A stretch of 44,400 nt of DNA, from positions 1-44,400 of the forward strand of contig VBML01000020.1 in NCBI GenBank assembly GCA_005878915.1, in the 5' to 3' direction. The notes under the pieces are model-generated. The model was not told the DNA's origin. It was given only the letters and a program-made list of their open reading frames with translations, and made no database searches. The translations under genes were made by a program, and so were the position numbers. This stretch comes from Methanobacteriota archaeon. Lineage in GTDB: Archaea; Thermoplasmatota; Thermoplasmata; RBG-16-68-12. Shown in pieces: positions 1 through 9,038 of this stretch. Each line of letters opens with the position of its first letter. Position 1 is the first letter of the stretch.

Positions 1-101
1 CTCTAGCGTCCCGGCTGGTTAGCAGAAGAGGCCTTGATGGACTCATTCAGGAATCGTCTATGCCAGAGGCGGCGAACCCCCGTCACATCCTCGGAGCAAA
101 G

Positions 102-109
102 ATTTATGA
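102..109 (+). promoter_or_regulatory. TATA-like box upstream of the surface-protein gene
   Basis: ATTTATGA is an A/T island in GC-rich DNA, centred ~28 nt before the TTG at 134. Many genes in this window show the same spacing. Confidence 0.4.
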
Positions 110-133
110 GCGTGGCGACTGGTCCGCGAACGG

Positions 134-2503
134 TTGGAGGGGAGCCAAGTGTCCCGCGTCGCTGTCGTGTCTCTCATTGGAATCTTGTTCTTCTGTGCAA
201 TCGCTCCTGGGATTGCGTCAACTCTCCCTGCCTCATTCCTCGCGCGTGCCCCACCGGCCGTAGGCCCCACCGCGGGATCCTTTGTCGGCTGGCGCGACAA
301 TTTCGATGACGTCTCGAGGGTAGGCGCGTCCTCGAACGTTGCCTTCAGTGGCTCGGATGTCCGGGTCCCCCCCGGCGGTGTCGCCACCCTTACCCGCCAG
401 GGCCTCGTGTTAGGAAGGGGCCCTCCCGGAGACTTTGACGCGGGTGAGCTCGGAGACCCGACGGTCGTGTTCGATCAGGGGATCTACCATATGTGGTACT
501 TCGGGAGCCCGGGAGCGGGGATGTGGAGCATCGGGTACGCGACATCCGCCGACGGGCAGGTCTGGACCAAGCAAGGACGCGTTCTCTCCTCCTCCATTCC
601 CGCGGACTCCGCCTCAGCGGCGTATCCAGAGGTGATCAAGGTCGGGAGCGAGTATTGGATGTGGTACTCAGGGAGTGACGGTTCCCGCTACCAGATACTC
701 CTGGCCACGAGCAGCGACGGCCTGGTATGGACCAAAAGGGGAGTGGTGGTTGGCGTCGGTCCTCCAGGGTCACCGGACGACCAACACACGTATGCCCCAT
801 CGGTCCTGATCCGTTCCGGGACGTTTTACATGTGGTATGGCGCGTTCGGGAGTCCAAACCCCGGCCGGCGTTCGGTTCTTCTCGCGTCGAGCACGGATGG
901 GGTTTCCTGGACGAAGCAGGGCGTCGTCTTGACCCCCGGCCCATCGGGATCGATCGACGAAGTCGGGGTGGACACGCCCTCGGTCCGGGTCGTTGGCGGT
1001 CAATACGAAATGTTGTACGGGGCCGTGGATAGCGCGATTCGCGCGCGCCTCGCAAGGGCGGTTTCTCCTGACGGCAGATCCTGGCAAAAGATGGGGATCA
1101 TCCTCGACCTCATGAGCCCCTATGAGAGCACGGTCCTCGACAACCCCTTCCTTCTTCCCGAGTCGGACGGGAGTTGGAAGGTGTATTACCACGCTCGCGG
1201 CGCGTCGCTCCAGATTTTCCTCGCGATCCGACCGCTTCCGGGGGGCCCGTCCGGGTGGCTTCGCTCAATTCCTATCACAATTCCAGCGGGACTCGAATGG
1301 TCATGGTTCAACCAGAGCGCATCGGTCCCCGCAGGCACGTGGTTGAATGTCACGGTTCGCGACGCGATGACAATGGCAATACTTGCGGGCATGGAGAACC
1401 GGACAGTAGGTGCTGTCGACCTCACGGGTGTTGACTCGAGTATTCATCCAGGGATTGTTCTCGAGGGTTGGCTTACCAGGGACCCTTCGGACACGCCCGT
1501 CCTCGATTCCTGGGAGGTGATCTGGCTCGACCGGTCGCCGCCCACGTTCGCGGGCCTTGAGACCGCGGATGACCTACGGACCGGCGGGTCGATTCGGCTA
1601 TCATGGTCGGCCGCCTCAGACCCGAGTGCGCCGATCTTGTACTCTGTGTACCAGTCGAGTGGCTCGGACGCTTTCGACTTCTCAACGCCGAGCTACACCG
1701 CGACAACGACGGCTTACGACGTGACGGCGCTCGTCGATGGCCGTCTCTACCGGTTCGTGGTGCGGGCTGAGGACGCTTGGGCGAATCAGGATACGAACAC
1801 TGTATCTCTCTCCGCGATACCGACCAACCCGTTCGATCGAAACGCACCGACCTTCGCGGGTCTCACCTCTGCGGCAGACGAGAGGACCGGCGGCGCGGTG
1901 AGGCTGGCCTGGTCGGATGCCGTGGACCCAGATACGCCTGCCTCGAACGCAGACCCATCCTTACCGATCACGTACTTGGTGTACGTGACACGGAGCGGGA
2001 CCTCGTTCGACTTCGGTGGCCCCGACCAAACCACATCGAATCGCACCGCCTGGGTCACAGGGCTCGTTGACGGAAAGTCATACGATTTCATTGTCCGCGC
2101 AATGGACAGTCGCGGCAACGCGGAGAGCAATACGGTGATTCGATCGGCCACGCCGACTCACCCGTTTGACTCTATGTACTCTATTTACGTTTCCGACAGA
2201 GCGTCTGGTCTCGGATCGGGTCCAGCAAACGGCAGTACGAGCGAGACGTCCCTTGAAATCGGCGGGCTGCGCCCGGGAAGGACATACTACATCTTGGTCC
2301 GTGCAACAGACGCAGCCGGGAACACGGAGATGAACACCCGGATTGTATCAATTCAGATTAAGGAAGCCGTCTCCGTGGCGCCGTTCGCCTGGATAGCCCT
2401 CATCCTGGTCATCGTCATCGCCGTTCTCGCAGCGGGTGTAGTCATGCGGAAGCGACGGAAAAAGGGGGAGACGCCGCCCCTCTCGCCCCCGCCTGCCCGA
2501 TAG
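134..2503 (+). CDS. Secreted, C-terminally membrane-anchored surface protein: Asp-box (BNR) beta-propeller plus three FN3-like repeats
   Basis: 789-aa ORF with clean GC3 bias and a signal-like N-terminus (VAVVSLIGILFFCAIAPGIAS). Four SxDGxxWxKxG Asp-boxes are each paired with a Y/FxMWY strand. Two paralogous FN3-like units begin PPTFAGL and APTFAGL (nt ~1528-1834 and ~1835-2165), and a third is diverged. C-terminal TM helix followed by MRKRRKK. GTG at 149 is an alternative start. Confidence 0.8.
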   Translation: MEGSQVSRVAVVSLIGILFFCAIAPGIASTLPASFLARAPPAVGPTAGSFVGWRDNFDDVSRVGASSNVAFSGSDVRVPPGGVATLTRQGLVLGRGPPGDFDAGELGDPTVVFDQGIYHMWYFGSPGAGMWSIGYATSADGQVWTKQGRVLSSSIPADSASAAYPEVIKVGSEYWMWYSGSDGSRYQILLATSSDGLVWTKRGVVVGVGPPGSPDDQHTYAPSVLIRSGTFYMWYGAFGSPNPGRRSVLLASSTDGVSWTKQGVVLTPGPSGSIDEVGVDTPSVRVVGGQYEMLYGAVDSAIRARLARAVSPDGRSWQKMGIILDLMSPYESTVLDNPFLLPESDGSWKVYYHARGASLQIFLAIRPLPGGPSGWLRSIPITIPAGLEWSWFNQSASVPAGTWLNVTVRDAMTMAILAGMENRTVGAVDLTGVDSSIHPGIVLEGWLTRDPSDTPVLDSWEVIWLDRSPPTFAGLETADDLRTGGSIRLSWSAASDPSAPILYSVYQSSGSDAFDFSTPSYTATTTAYDVTALVDGRLYRFVVRAEDAWANQDTNTVSLSAIPTNPFDRNAPTFAGLTSAADERTGGAVRLAWSDAVDPDTPASNADPSLPITYLVYVTRSGTSFDFGGPDQTTSNRTAWVTGLVDGKSYDFIVRAMDSRGNAESNTVIRSATPTHPFDSMYSIYVSDRASGLGSGPANGSTSETSLEIGGLRPGRTYYILVRATDAAGNTEMNTRIVSIQIKEAVSVAPFAWIALILVIVIAVLAAGVVMRKRRKKGETPPLSPPPAR

Positions 2504-2519
2504 AATCCGGTACGGCGCA

Positions 2520-3029
2520 TTACTTCCTACCCGGTTCCGTTCGAGCCTCGATCCAGCGCTCAGCTTCCTCTACCGACCTCTTGATGTGCGAGTCGTTCGC
2601 CAAGGACTTCGCGATCCACATTTCCATGAACTCGATTTCCCGGCGGCCCTCGGGGTTCGTCGAGGTCGTGGCCCGCATGGCCGGAAGAAACATGTGTCGC
2701 CACATCAGAATCTCCTTGACCATCAGCTTCTCGCGAGCGTATGGGTTTCGGTCGTAGGCCACGTCGAGCTGATCCCGCCACAACCGGAGATATCTGTCAT
2801 ACACAACGCCAAAGAGGAAAAGAGCGGCGAAAACGGCGAGGAAAAGAAGGATCAGGGTTGCTGCCACGACTCCGGGCATGCTCGGGTCGATGCCGAGCTG
2901 TCTTTGCTCGAACGGAAGGATATACGTCGTGGCCGTGAGGCTAATGACGGCACCCCACAGAAACAAACTCAGCAGGGTGTAGCTCTGCTGGATTCGCCAT
3001 AGCTGGGTCATCAGGGAGCGCTTCGCCAT
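2520..3029 (-). CDS. Hypothetical membrane protein (2 TM helices plus a soluble C-terminal domain)
   Basis: 169-aa ORF with coding-like composition and two hydrophobic helices (LLSLFLWGAVISLTATTYIL, VVAATLILLFLAVFAALFLFGVV). I recognise no motif. Confidence 0.6.
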   Translation of the reverse strand: MAKRSLMTQLWRIQQSYTLLSLFLWGAVISLTATTYILPFEQRQLGIDPSMPGVVAATLILLFLAVFAALFLFGVVYDRYLRLWRDQLDVAYDRNPYAREKLMVKEILMWRHMFLPAMRATTSTNPEGRREIEFMEMWIAKSLANDSHIKRSVEEAERWIEARTEPGRK

Positions 3030-3081
3030 GGCCCTCCGCTGTCTACCGGAGGAGAGCTATTAGTAGGTATCGCGGAGGAGG

Positions 3082-3573
3082 TTAGAGCGACGCAACGAAG
3101 ATCCTCTGGAGACTCCGATCATACGGCCGGGTCTCCTTGGCGTCGAGGCGCAGCTCGCGGTACGCCCCGGGGTAATCATGATTCCAACACCAGGGAATCG
3201 CTGCGCCAACTGCGTAGGGCTCGTACCAATCTAGATTTACGATGTGACGCCGGGCCACACGTGCCATCTCGGCGAGAGCCATTTGCATGTCCTTCGGAGG
3301 CAGGTGCATCAAGACCTCTGAAGCGATGACGAGGTCCACGCTGTGGCTCTTGAATGGCAGGGAGGCCGCGGACGATCGAATCAACGGAGATGCGATTCCT
3401 CCAAGGTACGTTCTTGCAGCCCGCAACTGGTCGAGACTTACGTCGCTAGCCCAGCCGCGCACACCGGGCCGACCGAGGAGGATCTTCGTGATCCGTCCGA
3501 ATCCGGACCCGACCTCCACGAAATCTTGGAATGGCAGCTGTTCGAGGACTCGTCTCAGCCCCGCCTTCTGCAA
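3082..3573 (-). CDS. Class I SAM-dependent methyltransferase
   Basis: Motif I is VEVGSGFGRIT, followed by an acidic loop and an IASEVLMHL-type motif. This frame stays coding-like ~50 nt upstream of the TTG at 3573 with no start codon there (see the finding on the C5 run). Confidence 0.75.
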   Translation of the reverse strand: MQKAGLRRVLEQLPFQDFVEVGSGFGRITKILLGRPGVRGWASDVSLDQLRAARTYLGGIASPLIRSSAASLPFKSHSVDLVIASEVLMHLPPKDMQMALAEMARVARRHIVNLDWYEPYAVGAAIPWCWNHDYPGAYRELRLDAKETRPYDRSLQRIFVASL

Positions 3574-4493
3574 CCGAAACCGTTCCGCATCTGAGGGCGT
3601 GTGCTCTCTCGCGAACTCGTCAATGTACGTCCTCCCCCGGTTTCGCGGAAGACGGCCGCAAGGTCATCCTCTGAGGCCCGCACGACGGGCACACCAGGCA
3701 GGAGCGGGGGATCGTATGAGCAGACAACGACCTTCCCCGATGCCATGCCTTCGATTGAGACGATGCCGTGCGCCCCGTGCTGGGTGATCGAATCGACAAC
3801 GACGTCGCACTGCTGCATCAGCTCCAACGCGCGGTCGTGCATCACACCCTCCACGATCCATAGCTCCGCTTGATCGGTCATGAGTTTCTCAATCCCTTGA
3901 CCTCGCGACACGGCTACATTGGTGGATCCTGCGAGGGTTCGGAACGCCTTCTCAATAATGGCCGTCCCCTTCAGCTCTCGATGCGTGGGGAAGTGGCCAA
4001 AGATGGCGACCCCGGACACCGTTGGCGGTTGGGTCCTTTCTTGGAATGCAACGGGGTTCGGAATGTACCGAGCACTCGGAACGAGACGGGCAAGGTCGGG
4101 CGTCGACACGAGAACGACATTGGCCCAGTTCATATGGTGAAGCCCTCGACCCGTCCGAGCATCCGTCCCGTGGAGGTGAACAACGAACACCGTGTCCCGA
4201 AGGATTCTCCGGAGGACGCCGTAGGCGATTTGGCTCCTCCAAATCCCTCCATGGATATGGACGACGTCTGCGTCCGCAAGCGCTCGCCAGCGGCGGAGGA
4301 TTGCAATGTTCCACGTGACCGGGTCGCCGCGAGTCGGGAGTTGTAGATCGCCGGGCCATTCGGACCCCCATCGAACTAGGACCTTCGCGTCGTGGCCCAA
4401 GGCGGTTTGAGCAGCGGCGAGTGTCCGCGCCACGTTCGCTATGTTGTTGATATGGAGAATCTTCGTGCGGGGCCTCCGGACATGCGGGGACAT
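3555..4493 (-). CDS. Glycosyltransferase, GT1/GT4-like (GT-B fold)
   Basis: Only the C-terminal 312 aa of the 610-aa track ORF look real, starting MSPHVRRPRTKILHINN at ATG 4493. GT-B features include IVSIEGMASGKVVV (an E-x7-E-like region). The rest of the ORF (4494-5387) is antisense to gmd. Confidence 0.7.
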   Translation of the reverse strand: MSPHVRRPRTKILHINNIANVARTLAAAQTALGHDAKVLVRWGSEWPGDLQLPTRGDPVTWNIAILRRWRALADADVVHIHGGIWRSQIAYGVLRRILRDTVFVVHLHGTDARTGRGLHHMNWANVVLVSTPDLARLVPSARYIPNPVAFQERTQPPTVSGVAIFGHFPTHRELKGTAIIEKAFRTLAGSTNVAVSRGQGIEKLMTDQAELWIVEGVMHDRALELMQQCDVVVDSITQHGAHGIVSIEGMASGKVVVCSYDPPLLPGVPVVRASEDDLAAVFRETGGGRTLTSSRESTRPQMRNGFGCRRRG

Positions 4494-4501
4494 TCCCTCA
4501 T

Positions 4502-4511
4502 CCCTTAAGGG
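4502..4511. promoter_or_regulatory. Perfect 10-bp palindrome in the divergent GT/gmd intergenic region
   Basis: CCCTTAAGGG lies between ATG 4493 (minus strand) and the gmd start. GATAAGCA at ~4531-4538 is a TATA-like box ~25 nt before ATG 4560. Confidence 0.3.
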
Positions 4512-4556
4512 TTCCCGCCCGCAGATACAGAGATAAGCAACAATTGGAATTGCCGC

Positions 4557-5525
4557 GTGATGGCGAAGGCCGCCTGCATCACGGGAGTGACCGGGCAGGA
4601 CGGATCGTTCCTTGCTGAGCTTCTCCTCGCAAAGGGTTACACGGTCTACGGACTGGTCAGGCGCCTGAGCTCCCCGAACGTCGCGAACATCCGGCATCTC
4701 ATGGACCAGGTTCAACTGCTCGATGGCGACATGACAGACCAGAGTTCGATTCTCACCGCGCTTAAGGAGTCGAGACCAGACGAGATCTACAACCTCGCCG
4801 CACAGTCCTTCGTTCAGACGTCGTTCCGCCAACCTGTTCTGACAGCGGACGTCGACGGTCTCGGCTTGGTCCGCCTGCTGGAAGCCGCGAAGGAAGTCGT
4901 GCATGATGCCAGAATCTACCAGGCCTCCACGTCCGAACTGTTCGGCCTGGTCAAGGAGAGCCCGCAGAACGAGAACACCCCGTTCCACCCGCGATCGCCC
5001 TACGGCGTCGCGAAGCTCTTCGCGTACTGGGCCTGCGTTAACTATCGCGAGGCGTACGGGATGCACGTTTCCAATGGGATCCTGTTCAACCACGAGTCGG
5101 AGCGGAGAGGACTCGAGTTCCTGACCCGGAAGGTCACCCACGGCGTCGCAATGATCGCGAAGGGGAAGGCGAAGCACATCGAGCTCGGCAACCTCGACGC
5201 GAAGCGGGATTGGGGGTACGCCCCTGAGTACGTGGACGCGATGTGGAGGATGCTCCAGCAGCCGAAGCCGGACGACTACGTGATCGCGACGGGCGAGTCC
5301 CACACGGTGCGGGAGTTCGTCAAGCTCGCGTTCCGCGAGGTGGGGATCAAGGACTGGGAGAAGCATGTGAGGACGGATGCGAAGCATCTCCGGCCCGCGG
5401 AGGTGTACACCCTGTGCGGGGATGCCTCGAAAGCACGGCGGGTCCTCGGCTGGGAGGCGAAGACGAAGCTCCCTGAGCTTGTGAAGATCATGGTCGAGGC
5501 GGACCTCGAGCGGGTCGGCGGGTAG
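4557..5525 (+). CDS. gmd: GDP-mannose 4,6-dehydratase
   Basis: ITGVTGQDGSFLAELLLAKGYxVYGLVRR N-terminus, the catalytic YGVAKLFAYW (YxxxK), NHESERRG and RDWGYA motifs are typical of Gmd. The start is GTG 4557 or, more likely, ATG 4560. Confidence 0.95.
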   Translation: MMAKAACITGVTGQDGSFLAELLLAKGYTVYGLVRRLSSPNVANIRHLMDQVQLLDGDMTDQSSILTALKESRPDEIYNLAAQSFVQTSFRQPVLTADVDGLGLVRLLEAAKEVVHDARIYQASTSELFGLVKESPQNENTPFHPRSPYGVAKLFAYWACVNYREAYGMHVSNGILFNHESERRGLEFLTRKVTHGVAMIAKGKAKHIELGNLDAKRDWGYAPEYVDAMWRMLQQPKPDDYVIATGESHTVREFVKLAFREVGIKDWEKHVRTDAKHLRPAEVYTLCGDASKARRVLGWEAKTKLPELVKIMVEADLERVGG

Positions 5526-6032
5526 CTACTTCCGCGTGACGAGGGTGAAGATCAGCTTCTCCACGGTGTTGTCGAGGTACCGCTCGACCCACGGGAGGAT
5601 CCGCGGGAACCAGCGCTTCACGTACTTGTCAATGTGGTACTCGTGGACCTTCTCGACGGACGCGACGTCGAAGCGCGCGTCCGTGTAGTACGAGCGGTCG
5701 TCCCGCCCGAAGTAGTCGAACGTCTCCTCGGTGAAAAATCGGACGTGCGTGGGGTCCTTGTACGCGTTCGAGTGTTTGTAGTGGGGGACCTCGATCATCG
5801 TGCGCGCGCCGGACCGCGTCACGCGGTGGAGCTCCTCCATCGCCCGGATCGTGTCCGGGAGGTGCTCGATCACGTGGACCGCGATGACCTCGTCGAAGGC
5901 GTCGTCCCGAAACGGCCACGGGAAGCGCGAGAAGTCGCACAGGACATCGACGCCCTTGAGGGGTTTGCGGTCCGCGTTCACATACCCTTGTCGGATGTCC
6001 CGCCCGCTGCCCATGTTCAGCTTCCACGGCAC
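5526..6032 (-). CDS. SAM-dependent methyltransferase (Methyltransf_11/23-like)
   Basis: LNMGSG (a motif I variant), DVLCD and AVHVIEHL motifs. I prefer GTG 6032, just after the upstream gene's TGA (6037-6039). ATG 6014 is possible. The track start at 6104 is a TTG that would overlap the epimerase by 68 nt. Confidence 0.7.
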   Translation of the reverse strand: MPWKLNMGSGRDIRQGYVNADRKPLKGVDVLCDFSRFPWPFRDDAFDEVIAVHVIEHLPDTIRAMEELHRVTRSGARTMIEVPHYKHSNAYKDPTHVRFFTEETFDYFGRDDRSYYTDARFDVASVEKVHEYHIDKYVKRWFPRILPWVERYLDNTVEKLIFTLVTRK

Positions 6033-6036
6033 GGGG

Positions 6037-6975
6037 TCACCGGTTCCGCGCCCATGTGTCGAGGGTCCTGCGGAGGCCTTCGCGAAGGGGGACCTTGGCC
6101 TCAAATCCGAGGAGGGTGCGGGCCTTCGACGGGTCTGCCCGTGATCGCATCACCTCGCCCTCCCGCGGTGGGCGCTGGACCACCTTCAGAGGTCGGCCTC
6201 GGATCTCCCCGATGAGCCCGAGAAGTTTCGCGATGGAGGTCTCGCGGCCGGATCCCACATTGATGACCTCCCCTCCGACCCGCTTCGCCGTCGCGGCGCG
6301 GTCGAACGCCTCCGCCACATCCGCGGCGTACACGAAATCCCGCGTCTGCGATCCGTCCCCGTACATGTCGACCGGCGTCCCCGCGGTGGCGGCCTCCGAG
6401 AACTTCGCGACGACGCTCGCATACGGCGAGTCGGCCGCCTGGCGGGGGCCGTACACGTTGAAGAGCCGGAGGGCGACCGCCTCGACGTCTCCCTCGCCCC
6501 CGGCGGACCGGCAGAAGTACTCGCACGCGAGCTTGGTGACCGCGTACGGGGACAGGGGATCCGGCGGGCGGTCCTCCCGGAGGGGCCCACCGGCCCGGCC
6601 ATACACCGCGCACGTCGAGGCGAAGACGACACGCGATGCACCGGCCACCCCAGCGGCGGTGAGAACGTTCAGGGTGCCCATTACATTCGCTTCCGCGTAC
6701 GCAATGGGCTTCTCCCGACTCTCCGGCACGGACGTCAGGGCAGCGAGGTGGAAGACCGCGTCCGCGTCCCGGAATCCCCGTGAGAGGGCCTTTGGATCCA
6801 GGATCGAGCCCCGCACGATTTCGATACGGTCCTTCGCCCCCGCCAGGTTCTGGAGACGCCCCACGGTGAGACTGTCGAACACGACGACGTCGTTCGCTTC
6901 GGCGAGGCGGTCGACGATGTGGGAGCCGATGAACCCGGCGCCGCCGGTGACCACGACCCGCTTCCCCCGGAGCAT
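6037..6975 (-). CDS. NAD-dependent epimerase/dehydratase (extended SDR, GalE/Rmd-like)
   Basis: The TGGAGFIGSH Rossmann motif and catalytic YAVTKLACE (YxxxK) fit a 312-aa extended-SDR architecture. Sugar specificity cannot be read from sequence alone. Confidence 0.85.
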   Translation of the reverse strand: MLRGKRVVVTGGAGFIGSHIVDRLAEANDVVVFDSLTVGRLQNLAGAKDRIEIVRGSILDPKALSRGFRDADAVFHLAALTSVPESREKPIAYAEANVMGTLNVLTAAGVAGASRVVFASTCAVYGRAGGPLREDRPPDPLSPYAVTKLACEYFCRSAGGEGDVEAVALRLFNVYGPRQAADSPYASVVAKFSEAATAGTPVDMYGDGSQTRDFVYAADVAEAFDRAATAKRVGGEVINVGSGRETSIAKLLGLIGEIRGRPLKVVQRPPREGEVMRSRADPSKARTLLGFEAKVPLREGLRRTLDTWARNR

Positions 6976-7017
6976 CGCGCTGCGAACCGGGACGGCGATG
7001 TTAAAGCTTCCGCGGGG

Positions 7018-8055
7018 TCACGGCCATTCGGCGCGCATCGAACCATCCTGGGCCACACGGATCACGAGGTCCTCCGGCGAAAAGACGTTCTCCGTTCCCG
7101 AGTACAACGCCTGCGCCCGCCGGACCGGGTCGAAGTAGCCGAGGCGCCATGTGCCGGAGGTCCCGAGGGTCGCGTTCAGCGCGATTGTGTACGTGTTCAT
7201 CGCAAACGCCGTGTAGTCGAGGGACGACTCCGCGACCCCTCGCGCTCGCGGCAGGTCTTGGGCCGAGCCGTTCACCTGCAGAGCCGGAAAATACGCCCGG
7301 AACACGGGCGCCGCCGCCCCGGATTCCGCAAGGGAGACCCGCACGCTCCCGTTCGGGAGGTTCGTCCACGTCCACCACGTCTGCGGGTTCCACGTCGGGA
7401 CGGCGACGTCGTTCGGGTTCGCGCCCTGGACCGAGGCCTTCGTAAGCCCCCTCCAGGCACCTGTGGCGACGACCGCGGCCAGGAGGACGACGAGCAGGGC
7501 TCGCCTCTGGCGCACCGTCCCCACGCGCCACAGGCTGAGGACGAGCAAGGGGCTGGAGACGGCCAGGGGGGCGACATCGATGAAATAGAACCAATCAAGC
7601 TGGAACCGGGTCGCAGAGATCGGAGCGAAGAGGGCGGGACCCTGGATTGTCAGCATGTCCATCAGGATGTGCAGGAGGACGCCCGCGAACATCGGGAGGA
7701 CGATGGTCCGGTCGATTCGGAGGGAGATATCGACGCGGAAGATCCGGCGCCATGCCCGGAGGAGGACCGGCCGCTGGAAGACCCAGGTCGCGCCGAGGGC
7801 CCACGGAAGCCCCAGGAGCAGGGAATGAGAGAACGTGCGGTGGTCGAGGAACCACAACTGCGGGGCGAGGATCGTGACCGGCGTCAAGAGGGCATCGAGG
7901 TCCGGCGCCATGGCTCCGAACGCCATGGCAAGGGCGACCTTTCGATTCGCCCGGAGGACCAGCGCGAGCGCGACGGCGGTGAAGATGTGGGTGAACCAGT
8001 CCACGGTCGCGGTATCGCGGTCGGTCCAAAAAGACCGAGGGTAGTGTACATGCAA
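7018..8055 (-). CDS. Membrane-bound metal-dependent hydrolase-like protein (DUF457/YdjM-like) with a C-terminal extracytoplasmic domain
   Basis: The N-terminus has WFTHIF, APDLD, DHRxFSHS and H-x-x-MD motifs spread over TM helices, as in DUF457. The last ~150 aa are soluble. The track start at 8055 is a TTG. GTG 8004 (giving MDWFTHIF) is more typical. Confidence 0.6.
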   Translation of the reverse strand: MHVHYPRSFWTDRDTATVDWFTHIFTAVALALVLRANRKVALAMAFGAMAPDLDALLTPVTILAPQLWFLDHRTFSHSLLLGLPWALGATWVFQRPVLLRAWRRIFRVDISLRIDRTIVLPMFAGVLLHILMDMLTIQGPALFAPISATRFQLDWFYFIDVAPLAVSSPLLVLSLWRVGTVRQRRALLVVLLAAVVATGAWRGLTKASVQGANPNDVAVPTWNPQTWWTWTNLPNGSVRVSLAESGAAAPVFRAYFPALQVNGSAQDLPRARGVAESSLDYTAFAMNTYTIALNATLGTSGTWRLGYFDPVRRAQALYSGTENVFSPEDLVIRVAQDGSMRAEWP

Positions 8056-8094
8056 TACCCGCCTTCATCCCCTTCCCTCGACTAGCTCGGATCC

Positions 8095-8412
8095 ATGGAT
8101 CGATGGCAGTGGATTGTGGACAAGGTTGCGACGCCGGAGGATCAGGAGAACCTCGCTCTCCTTGCGCGGGTGATTGAGGTCGACTTCCGTGGACGCGTGG
8201 AACGCGAGAAGGACCTGACGGCCTTCATGGCCGAGCGGTACCGCTGGGGGAACAAGACGACCCGCCGCCGCGCGATGCGCCTCGCGGGGATTGGCATCCT
8301 CCGGTGGGCACGAAGCGAGCGGGATCACTGGACGAAGATCTACGAGCTCGTGTCGGACGTCGAACCGGATGCTCAGGCCACGAGCGCGGCGGGCGTTCTC
8401 GCCGGTCCCTAG
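8095..8412 (+). CDS. Hypothetical protein (105 aa)
   Basis: ATG start and good GC3 bias. The helical, basic segment (TTRRRAMRLAGIGILRWARSERDHW) could be a wHTH. No diagnostic motif. Confidence 0.5.
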   Translation: MDRWQWIVDKVATPEDQENLALLARVIEVDFRGRVEREKDLTAFMAERYRWGNKTTRRRAMRLAGIGILRWARSERDHWTKIYELVSDVEPDAQATSAAGVLAGP

Positions 8413-8951
8413 GCGGAAGGCTTGCCCCTGCGGTCCTTCTTGACTTTCTGAAGTTCCTGGAGGAAGTCGGAGGCCCAGAAGGCTCGCAGCGAGGTCATGA
8501 AGAAGTCGCAGGCGCTCAACGCAAGGATCTCGTCCGGCCGACCCGCCATCGACCGGTGCCGCAGGAGGGCGTCCTCTCGCTCGCGGAACAGCTCGAAGGG
8601 CACTCCCTCGTACCGGCTGCGGCGGGCGACGGTATGAAAGAGGGAGCCATTGCGGCCGATGAGCCGACGGTGGAGCGCATGGCCGCGGGGACGGACGAAC
8701 GCGAACACGATGGCCTCCGGCACAGTCGGCCGGATGTGTGCCCAGCGCGCCGAGTTCGTGATGAAGCCGACGAACCCGCCGATGCGGGCGCCGTCGACGG
8801 AACGCCACCACAGTTTGCCATAGAGGCCTCCGCTCTTCACGTCTCGTGAATCGAAGTTCTGTCGGATCCGACGGAGCGGGATCTGCATCCGTCGCATCGC
8901 CCGCTCGAGGGCGCGTAGCTCCACCCCACCCCGCGCGGGAGATGGCTCCAT
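8409..8951 (-). CDS. Hypothetical protein (180 aa)
   Basis: Coding-like composition. Convergent with 8095-8412, with a 4-nt overlap of ends. I recognise no family. The competing 304-aa ORF 8065-8979 is Arg/Pro-rich off-frame sequence. Confidence 0.55.
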   Translation of the reverse strand: MEPSPARGGVELRALERAMRRMQIPLRRIRQNFDSRDVKSGGLYGKLWWRSVDGARIGGFVGFITNSARWAHIRPTVPEAIVFAFVRPRGHALHRRLIGRNGSLFHTVARRSRYEGVPFELFREREDALLRHRSMAGRPDEILALSACDFFMTSLRAFWASDFLQELQKVKKDRRGKPSA

Positions 8952-9038
8952 CGGCGCCGTCGAGAGTGTAGCGACTCATCTAGTTTTCGCGGCGGGGATC
9001 CCGCGCAGAACCGGGGCATCGACGAGGCCGGCACACGC

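Noticed and set aside
1528-2165. Tandem ~300-nt repeats that could be mistaken for a repeat array
   Set aside because: They are in-frame paralogous FN3-like domains of the surface protein and are diverged at the nucleotide level. They are not a CRISPR or satellite repeat. No CRISPR-like repeat-spacer structure exists anywhere in the window.
4494-5387. N-terminal 298 aa of the 610-aa minus-strand ORF
   Set aside because: This part is antisense to gmd and has no glycosyltransferase similarity. The real GT starts at ATG 4493, just beyond the divergent promoter.
8065-8979. 304-aa minus-strand ORF
   Set aside because: It is Arg/Pro/Ala-rich off-frame sequence. The 180-aa frame (8409-8951) and the opposite-strand 105-aa frame have far better codon bias.
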